Source: Vulcanisaeta distributa DSM 14429 (GTDB taxonomy: Archaea; Thermoproteota; Thermoprotei; Thermoproteales; Thermocladiaceae). From it: a stretch of DNA of 32,000 nucleotides. Below are positions 17,277-24,133 of this stretch, piece by piece. A program made the translations under genes and the position numbers. Within the stretch, counting starts at the first letter, position 1, and each line of letters opens with the position of its first letter. Location: the NCBI RefSeq assembly GCF_000148385.1, contig NC_014537.1:960001-992000 (forward strand), read 5' to 3'. The notes under the pieces are model-generated. The model worked only from the letters and a program-made list of their open reading frames with translations. It did no database searches and had not been told where the DNA came from.

Positions 17277-18602
17277 GTGCCTGGAATCCTGGCTAACGTC
17301 GATTATGAGGAACCACTCACTAGGTATAGAATAAGGGAGGTGCTCATTGAGGCTCGTAGGCGGTCAATAAGTTATATAGATAAGATGAAGCAGGAGGTTC
17401 TTGCGGACTCATTCTACGTACACTATAGGCAACCAATACTCAAGATGCCCACGGAGAACGAGGACATGGAAACCTCACTATGGAGATTTGTGGTCTCCAC
17501 ATACATAAGGAGTGAGGCCTATAATGACGTGTCCAGGATAACTAGGTTAAATGGTAGGTTGTCCAGGGTAATGGCGATTAAGTTACTCAAGGTGTATAAT
17601 AGCATCCTGAGTAAGATGGATAGGAACGAAGCCTTTAGGCAAATGGTTGAGTCGGCAATGGATCAGAAGAGTGCATCCTCAAGGGAGAGTAGGATGAACC
17701 TAGAACGGGAGGTTCGCTCATTGATTAATTTCTACGTCGGAAGCATGAAGAAGGTCAGCGAGACCGTTAACAAGGTTAAGATGCTCTTTGGGGATTCCGT
17801 GGGCCATGAAATAGCGGATATACTACTGAGCACGGACATCGACCCATACAGGCTCAGGTTAATCTCAATGCTCAACTCACTGATTAAGTTGATTGTGGAT
17901 ACCAGGTACACTGTAGACGTTGTTGAGGACGTAGATGCTGAGCGGGTTGGCACCGTGGGTGGGGTTAAGCGTATGACGAGGGCCTCGGAGCTTAGGGATA
18001 TGATACCGAGTGAGAGGATGCTCATGAAATTCGCCAAGCCAGTATTCGCGTATAAACTGGCCATGGGTAATGTACTGGTTAGGGAGAGGAGGGCCATTAA
18101 GAAGCCTAAGATATACATGCTAATTGATAAAAGTGGTTCGATGTTTTACACAGTAAACATAAACATATTTGAGGTGGGCGCCATTAGTAAGATTACCTGG
18201 GCCACGGCCCTAGCCGTGATACTGGCTATGAAGGGTGGTAACCTAGCCGTGAGATTCTTCGACCAGCAGGTATACCCAATGCTGACTAATAAGAATGATA
18301 TCATAAAGATGTTGCTCTCCTTAATACCGCTGGGTGGCACGGACATAACGAATGCCGTTAGGGCTGCAGTACAGGATGCCGTGGATAAACCATCATTGAG
18401 GGATTACAAATTAGTCGTTATAACCGACGGTGAGGACGATAATGTTGACCCGACGGTATTTAATAAGGCGAAGTCCATATTCAGGTCAGTCAAGGTATTA
18501 CTAATTGGTGGTGAGAATAGTGTTATCGAGGAGAATGCGGAAACGATAAAGATCCAGGAATTAACAAGCGAGAGCCTATCCCACACAATTAAGAAGATCT
18601 AG
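17277..18602 (+). CDS. von Willebrand factor A (CoxE-like) domain protein
   Basis: MIDAS motif MLIDKSGSM, GGTDITNA and VVITDGED, after an N-terminal helical region of about 270 aa. The GTG start lies about 27 nt downstream of the TATA-like CTTTATTAATG. Confidence 0.85.
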   Translation: MPGILANVDYEEPLTRYRIREVLIEARRRSISYIDKMKQEVLADSFYVHYRQPILKMPTENEDMETSLWRFVVSTYIRSEAYNDVSRITRLNGRLSRVMAIKLLKVYNSILSKMDRNEAFRQMVESAMDQKSASSRESRMNLEREVRSLINFYVGSMKKVSETVNKVKMLFGDSVGHEIADILLSTDIDPYRLRLISMLNSLIKLIVDTRYTVDVVEDVDAERVGTVGGVKRMTRASELRDMIPSERMLMKFAKPVFAYKLAMGNVLVRERRAIKKPKIYMLIDKSGSMFYTVNINIFEVGAISKITWATALAVILAMKGGNLAVRFFDQQVYPMLTNKNDIIKMLLSLIPLGGTDITNAVRAAVQDAVDKPSLRDYKLVVITDGEDDNVDPTVFNKAKSIFRSVKVLLIGGENSVIEENAETIKIQELTSESLSHTIKKI

Positions 18603-19011
18603 CTTCAAAGCAATTCATTGGTGAGTCGCAGACAATCACCTGAACCTCAACAACATCATTAATTCCTAACCTACTCAGTATGCCCATCACACTGTCAATG
18701 AAGTACCAAGCAACACACTCACCAGTGGCCCCCTCCGGTATACAGGGTATCTCAACAAGCTCGCCTGGCATTAATCCCTGGGCACTCTCCATGCTCGACT
18801 TTATGTACTTGCCATCGAAGGTATTAACGATACCCTGGACCTCACGCCTAATTTTATCAATATCAGTCACGAGCATCCTCCTACCCCTAACACAGAGCCT
18901 TATTGTCACGTCGTAGTTATGGCCGTGAACATTACCATAAATATCACTAAACCTGACCCTATGGGCTCCGGAGAACATGAACTTCATGGATAAGCAGGTA
19001 GTCTCAACCAC
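18589..19011 (-). CDS. queD: 6-carboxytetrahydropterin / 6-pyruvoyl-tetrahydropterin synthase family protein (QueD-like)
   Basis: FSGAHRV...YGNVHGHNYDVTI is the PTPS/QueD signature. I prefer GTG 19011 (or ATG 18987) to the track's ATG 19050, which sits 6 nt from the divergent gene and inside the shared TATA region. Confidence 0.8.
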   Translation of the reverse strand: MVETTCLSMKFMFSGAHRVRFSDIYGNVHGHNYDVTIRLCVRGRRMLVTDIDKIRREVQGIVNTFDGKYIKSSMESAQGLMPGELVEIPCIPEGATGECVAWYFIDSVMGILSRLGINDVVEVQVIVCDSPMNCFEARSS

Positions 19012-19029
19012 GGATATTCGTAATAATAC

Positions 19030-19041
19030 GCATAAAAATGC
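19030..19041. promoter_or_regulatory. shared TATA-like element between queD-like and cobA
   Basis: GCATAAAAATGC has inverted GCAT/ATGC arms around an A-run. Its centre is about 27 nt from both ATG 19063 (+) and GTG 19011 (-). Confidence 0.4.
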
Positions 19042-19062
19042 ATTTCCCATGGATTAGTGGGG

Positions 19063-19824
19063 ATGGTTGGTAAGGTCATCATCGCAGGGGGAGGACCTGG
19101 TGATGAGGGATTACTAACGCTTAGGTGCATCGAGGCTTTGAGGAGCGCCGATGTGGTGATTTATGATAGGTTAATACCTAGGTCGGCCCTGAACTACGTG
19201 CGTCAGGGAGCCCAGCTAATCTATGCCGGTAAGGAGCCGGGTAGGCACACGATGGAGGAGGACGAGATAATAAGGATTATGATAAGCGAGGCAGGTAATG
19301 GCAAGACCGTGGTTAGGCTCCATGGTGGTGACGCATTCCTGTTTGGCAGGGGTTTTGAGGAGTGCGTGGCTGTGCTTAGTGCCGGCATACCCTGTGAGGT
19401 CATTCCAGGCGTAACCTCGGCTATAGCTGCGCCAGAGGCTTACCTAATACCGCCGGTACTACGTGGTGTCTCTAGCTCGGTGGCTATAGTGACCGGCACA
19501 GAGGACCCGAGGAAGGGTAGGTCATTCGTGAACTTCAGAGAATTGGCTAAGGCCGTCAACACGATCATAATACTGATGGGCGCGTCGAGGATAGGCGAGA
19601 TAGCCAGGGAATTAATTGAGGGCGGTCTTGACCCAGGTACTTATGTTGCTGTAATAACGAGGGCGTATATGGAGAATAGTAAGGTCGTGATAACCACGGT
19701 GGATAAGTTATCCTCTGGGGAGGTAGGTGTGGAGAATCCCTCGGTCATCGTGGTTGGAGATGTCGTACGTGAAGGATTGAAGGCGATGAGGATTGCGGGA
19801 ATAAGCTTCGAAATGAATGTTTAA
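19063..19824 (+). CDS. cobA: uroporphyrinogen-III C-methyltransferase (SUMT)
   Basis: VIIAGGGPGDEGLLTLRCIEALRSADVVIYDRL, VRLHGGDAFLFGRG and VIPGVTS. I prefer ATG 19063 to GTG 19057. Confidence 0.9.
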   Translation: MVGKVIIAGGGPGDEGLLTLRCIEALRSADVVIYDRLIPRSALNYVRQGAQLIYAGKEPGRHTMEEDEIIRIMISEAGNGKTVVRLHGGDAFLFGRGFEECVAVLSAGIPCEVIPGVTSAIAAPEAYLIPPVLRGVSSSVAIVTGTEDPRKGRSFVNFRELAKAVNTIIILMGASRIGEIARELIEGGLDPGTYVAVITRAYMENSKVVITTVDKLSSGEVGVENPSVIVVGDVVREGLKAMRIAGISFEMNV

Positions 19825-19827
19825 TAA
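19820..19827 (+). promoter_or_regulatory. TATA-like element for the C/D sRNA at 19850
   Basis: TTTAATAA overlaps the cobA stop and is centred about 27 nt upstream of the C box. Confidence 0.35.
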
Positions 19828-19849
19828 AAAGTGTTGCGAATAAGTCACT

Positions 19850-19901
19850 GTGATGAGGCACGAGCGTGGCGGATAACGTGACGAGCTTGCGCCCATGCTG
19901 A
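19850..19901 (+). ncRNA. candidate C/D-box sRNA
   Basis: C GUGAUGA (19850-19856), 13 nt, degenerate D' CGGA (19870-19873), 4 nt, degenerate C' GUGACGA (19878-19884), 13 nt, D CUGA (19898-19901). It is intergenic between cobA and the archaemetzincin gene. Confidence 0.55.
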
Positions 19902-19948
19902 TCCTGAGGTTAATGCATTAAAGCATTGATAGGACTGTTGATTGTGTC

Positions 19949-20467
19949 ATGAAGAAGATCCTCGTGTTGACGGAGGTAGAGCTCCCAAGTGACTTCCCTA
20001 GGCAGGTTGAGCATTATCTGGGTAATTTAGTTCAGGTTGAGATGAGGAGGACGGACTTTGAGGGGTTAAAGTCACAGTTCAGGGATGTCAGGAGGGGCCA
20101 GATAAGGGCTGATGTACTCCTTGATTACCTGGAGCCCAGGGTCAGGGGTTATGAGGGTTTTGATAAGGTAGTTCTTGTGATTAACGATGACGGCTATGTG
20201 GAGGGGCTAAACTTCGTATTTGGGGTTGCGAAGATGAGCGGATCATTAGCCCTAGTATTCACAAAGAGACTACGTGGGGAGCAATCACTCTACCAACTGA
20301 GGATACTTAAGGAGGTGCTCCACGAATTGGGTCACTCCTTCGGGCTAGACCACTGCACAGACCCCAGGTGCGTCATGTACTTCAGCAACACGATAGAGGA
20401 TACGGATAGGAAGGGTCCAGGGTACTGCCAAAGATGCATGGCTAAATTACGCTCATTACTTCGTTAA
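19949..20467 (+). CDS. amzA: archaemetzincin zinc metallopeptidase
   Basis: HELGHSFGLDHCTDPRCVMYFSN plus a C-terminal CQRC. This is the HExxHxxGxxH metzincin motif with the Cys4 zinc site of archaemetzincins. Confidence 0.9.
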   Translation: MKKILVLTEVELPSDFPRQVEHYLGNLVQVEMRRTDFEGLKSQFRDVRRGQIRADVLLDYLEPRVRGYEGFDKVVLVINDDGYVEGLNFVFGVAKMSGSLALVFTKRLRGEQSLYQLRILKEVLHELGHSFGLDHCTDPRCVMYFSNTIEDTDRKGPGYCQRCMAKLRSLLR

Positions 20468-20502
20468 TTCAATGACGGTTATATCCTGGGGAATTAACCA
20501 TC

Positions 20503-22074
20503 TCAATTCTCAGGATTAGGCAACCCCAAGTACTCGTTTATTGCGTGGTTAACGTCATCCATACTCCGTAAGTTTACGTTCATAATTTTCGATGGAATGG
20601 GGATGGCTAAGTAATCATCCTCAAGAAACCTGGTCCAACTCTCCGATATTTTCCTACCGAATACCATCAATACCTCCCTGAATATTGCTGAGTTATACCA
20701 AGCGGCAATCATTGGGTTGTTGGTCCTTATTACGTAGAAGTTCTTTGAGGCACACAACGGCTTATTGCTGTAATTAGCAATAACCTTATGCCTAGTAAGG
20801 TCCACCTTATCATGGATGAACACATGACCAAAGGGCATCTTAGACTTTAACTGCATCCATACATGTCGATACCACTTATCGCCAAATTTTAGGGCTGGTA
20901 CCCCCAACCCCTCACCCCACCTAATGTACCTCAATACATCGCCCTCTGGCTCATCACCTATGGTGAGCACGTAAAACCCAGGATCCCGAATTAAGACCTC
21001 ATCCTCGTAATACTCAGGTCTCCTAAGGCATGGGGTTAAGTACTTCCTTGGCAGTTCCAATTGCTCGCCGTTATTGGAAATAACCACGTAATCACGGGTC
21101 TCCTCAACAATCCTCCAGTACTTATTTGGTATGAAGAAGAAGTCTGGACCATACATCTCAATACCCCTAACCACTTCATGCCTCCCTAAATAACGCATTA
21201 ATCCTCTGTCCAGGGCATCCTCCATAATGGAGATAAGCCTCATTGCCCTATCGTAATTAAACAACGACAACCAATTCCTATCAGCGAAGGTGGGCAACCT
21301 CCTTAAATCCACAAACCCCACCCTCCTCAAGCCCCCATCGTAGTAGTAAATACCGGTCTTAGTGCTTGAATTATTAATAACACCCAACAACCCGCCCCTC
21401 TTCCTAATGAAGATTATCAACTCCTTAAACCCACTACCATCGCTGAATGACGGAGCCACCTTATTCTCCACAAGACCAATCACATCATACCTCAACCTCA
21501 ACAGTCTCTTCACACCCTCACCCTGCTCCGTGTAGAACGTGGACGCCGGCATCACGAGGATTGCATAACCACCATCCCTAAGAATGTGGTCTATCAGGAA
21601 GAAGGATAGAACATGGAGACCAGGATCCCCCCTCATAATGAGTCTCCCATAACCCATTGATTCCATCAACTTCAATAGTTCATACCTATTTCGAACCAAT
21701 TGCCACCTAACGAAGGGTGGGTTAGAAATAATTATATCAGCCCTATACCCCCACGCAACCTTAAAGGCATCACCACAAACAACCTCAACATCATTATATA
21801 ACGAAGACAAAACCCTACGGGCCAATTCACACGGTCCCTCGTTAATCTCTATGGCAATAACCTTCCTAGGCTTAATAAGGTCATTCACCGCCGAAAGCGT
21901 GACCCCCGAACCAGCGAATGGATCCATAACCACCACATCACTCCTATACTCCTCACCTAACTCCTGAAGGAAACTTCTAATCACGGTCAATCCATCACGG
22001 CTAGTGTAGTACGATGAGGTACCCCTCCTATCCACGGTCCTCTGAATCTCGTACTGCTCATCGACTAAGTACAT
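20503..22074 (-). CDS. N6-adenine DNA methyltransferase, gamma class (TaqI/Eco57I-like) with a large C-terminal recognition region
   Basis: SSYYTS (motif X-like), DPFAGSG (motif I, SAM binding) and IISNPPF (motif IV), in gamma-class order, followed by about 300 aa of C-terminal region. An SD-like GGTGAGAGG lies upstream of the ATG. Confidence 0.9.
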   Translation of the reverse strand: MYLVDEQYEIQRTVDRRGTSSYYTSRDGLTVIRSFLQELGEEYRSDVVVMDPFAGSGVTLSAVNDLIKPRKVIAIEINEGPCELARRVLSSLYNDVEVVCGDAFKVAWGYRADIIISNPPFVRWQLVRNRYELLKLMESMGYGRLIMRGDPGLHVLSFFLIDHILRDGGYAILVMPASTFYTEQGEGVKRLLRLRYDVIGLVENKVAPSFSDGSGFKELIIFIRKRGGLLGVINNSSTKTGIYYYDGGLRRVGFVDLRRLPTFADRNWLSLFNYDRAMRLISIMEDALDRGLMRYLGRHEVVRGIEMYGPDFFFIPNKYWRIVEETRDYVVISNNGEQLELPRKYLTPCLRRPEYYEDEVLIRDPGFYVLTIGDEPEGDVLRYIRWGEGLGVPALKFGDKWYRHVWMQLKSKMPFGHVFIHDKVDLTRHKVIANYSNKPLCASKNFYVIRTNNPMIAAWYNSAIFREVLMVFGRKISESWTRFLEDDYLAIPIPSKIMNVNLRSMDDVNHAINEYLGLPNPEN

Positions 22075-22403
22075 TAGGTCCTCTCACCCAATTCCCTAAT
22101 CTTTCTAAGTCCGAGCTTTATAACTTCCACGAATAATAAGGGTATCCTTACTCACTATATTACATTATAATCAGTGGTAATCCCATAATGCGGATAATGA
22201 TTAACATTAAGTAAAGAAAGACCATAATTACACTAGATTAAGTGCATCATCACTACACGGGGAATTTAGCAAAAATAACTGTGAAAGGAAAGAATACTCA
22301 TGGGCATTAGGACTCTAAGCCGGTTATTACTACTAAGTATTAGTAGGAACGGAAGAAGTAATGCAACAATAACTAACATGAGATCATTGAAACAGAACAC
22401 GGA

Positions 22404-22412
22404 GGAGGTGAT
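22404..22412 (+). promoter_or_regulatory. Shine-Dalgarno-like sequence for the first ATPase gene
   Basis: GGAGGTGAT lies within GGAGGAGGTGAT, 5 nt upstream of ATG 22418. It is complementary to the canonical 16S 3' end AUCACCUCC. No TATA-like element sits at -27. Confidence 0.5.
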
Positions 22413-22417
22413 TATTA

Positions 22418-24133
22418 ATGTCGAGCTTGAACTCGAGCTTACTGAAGGTAAATAATAAACTAATCATTGGGCTTCGCGTAAAGAAGGAGTTCAACGCATG
22501 GGACATGATAAAGATACTCGATGGTTTGAGAATTACCGTGATAAAGGATGAGGTAGGGTTCTTAATACTTCACACGCCAGCTCACGTTCCATTATTCACG
22601 GGTATACATAGGAATAGAGTGATGCAGCTGCTCAATAGGTGGGTTGATTATGTTGAGCCATTGCCATCAGGAATAACGCTGAGTATAATCGATAATGCAT
22701 CGATAATGTTTTCAGGGGTTAAGGGTAGAGTAACTCCAGTCCAGGACTCAACACCAATCATAATGACAATATGCAAGTCAGGTGATGACCAGGTAAGGTA
22801 TACATTATTCCTAAGAGGAACAACCCGCGGAAAAACCGACGTATTATCATGTGACGATAAGGCATCCTTACCGCAGCTTCAGGATAACGTAGATCTGACA
22901 CTCAAGCCATCACCAAGGCCTGGAAGTATGTTCATGACAAGGTACTACCCAATAGACGTTGACTTAACGAGACACCTAATGGTTTTAGGCGCCACCGGCT
23001 CAGGAAAGACTACACTCGTGAAATCACTAATAAATAGTGCCCTTCAGAAGAACGTGTTTAATAAGATCGTGATCTTCGATCCAACAGGTGAGTACTCACT
23101 AGACCTGGTGGGGCGTGGTTACGTGGCCGTACCCGGCATAGACATTGCCGTTAATCCATTGGCATTACCAAGGCATAGGGCTAGTGAGTTGCTCTCAATG
23201 GCTATTCAAGCAGCTGCTCTCATATACGGTGAGAATGATAATGGCGGTTTCTCATTCATCCAACTTGAGGTCCTTGATAAAGCCCTTGAAAGACTTGGTG
23301 ATAGGAATAACCTGAAGGACCTATACGTAGTGTTGAATGATCTTGAGCAGGAGTTGAGGAGGAATGATTACCTAAATGCCATTTCCGCAGTGAGGCGTAG
23401 GTTGAGGAAGGTTATGATAGCCGCGTTAATGAGGAATGCGCTAAGTGCTAGTGCTGCTCAGTCCAGGTTATTGGTCATAAACATGGCGCCCCTTTACTTC
23501 GTGTCTCAGGTCGCCGCAATCATATTTACACTAACATTTCTTGAAGTGCTCAGTGGCATTCTTAGGGAATCCCTTGTCGTCATTGATGAAGCCCATAGAA
23601 TCCTCAATAGGTATATGGTTGGTGAGTCAATCATTGAGAGGTTGATTAGGGAGGGTAGGCATGATGGTGTTACGCTTATACTTGTGACACAGGATCCCCT
23701 TGACATTAAGAGGAACGTACTCGACATTGTTGGTCATTACGCAGTCTTTAAGCTGAATGGTAAGTCTGCGGTTGAGGCAGCGGACCTATTGGGTATTGGT
23801 AAAGACATGGTCATTAAATTGAAACCCCTCGAGTTTTATTACCACAGTAATGACATTACCGTTAAGGCGCAGATAATGGGTAATCCAGGGATTAATTACC
23901 TAATGGCCTCAGACGTTATTTACAAGAGGTTACTCGAGAGGGTTAATGATGAGGACTACGTTAATGCCATGATTAAGAGGTTTGGGCGTTCATTAAACCC
24001 TGTGTTGGTTCCTCAGGTGGTTGAGTTAGGTGAGAGGTTGGGTTATGACGTTAGGACCATAATCCAACTGGCGGCTAGGAAGGACCCTGAGTACTATAAG
24101 CTGCTTTCCAGGGTGATTATTGGTGAGGAATAA
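22418..24133 (+). CDS. HerA/FtsK-superfamily P-loop ATPase (DUF87-like) with unknown N- and C-terminal domains
   Basis: Walker A LGATGSGKTT (about residue 190), FDPTGEY, Walker B LVVIDEAHRIL and REGRHDGVTLILVTQDP. The roughly 185-aa N-terminal domain and 90-aa C-terminal helical domain have no motifs I recognise. Confidence 0.85.
   Translation: MSSLNSSLLKVNNKLIIGLRVKKEFNAWDMIKILDGLRITVIKDEVGFLILHTPAHVPLFTGIHRNRVMQLLNRWVDYVEPLPSGITLSIIDNASIMFSGVKGRVTPVQDSTPIIMTICKSGDDQVRYTLFLRGTTRGKTDVLSCDDKASLPQLQDNVDLTLKPSPRPGSMFMTRYYPIDVDLTRHLMVLGATGSGKTTLVKSLINSALQKNVFNKIVIFDPTGEYSLDLVGRGYVAVPGIDIAVNPLALPRHRASELLSMAIQAAALIYGENDNGGFSFIQLEVLDKALERLGDRNNLKDLYVVLNDLEQELRRNDYLNAISAVRRRLRKVMIAALMRNALSASAAQSRLLVINMAPLYFVSQVAAIIFTLTFLEVLSGILRESLVVIDEAHRILNRYMVGESIIERLIREGRHDGVTLILVTQDPLDIKRNVLDIVGHYAVFKLNGKSAVEAADLLGIGKDMVIKLKPLEFYYHSNDITVKAQIMGNPGINYLMASDVIYKRLLERVNDEDYVNAMIKRFGRSLNPVLVPQVVELGERLGYDVRTIIQLAARKDPEYYKLLSRVIIGEE

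Noticed and set aside
19857-19869. Nine-nt complementarity of the 19850 sRNA D' guide to 16S GCUCGUGCC, considered as a confident target call.
   Set aside because: The four guide nucleotides adjacent to D', which must pair for N+5 methylation, do not match the conserved 16S sequence as I remember it. I kept this only as a note inside the finding.
19708-19896. A 62-aa minus-strand ORF spanning the cobA 3' end and the cobA-amzA spacer.
   Set aside because: It overlaps the cobA coding end antisense, and the spacer is better explained by the plus-strand C/D-box sRNA candidate. It has no promoter geometry or motif.
22171-22253. A minus-strand GUGAUGA (22253-22247) with a CUGA about 70 nt downstream (22174-22171), considered as a C/D sRNA.
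   Set aside because: There is no CUGA at 12 nt, there are no internal D' and C' boxes, and the C-to-D distance is far too long for an archaeal C/D sRNA.
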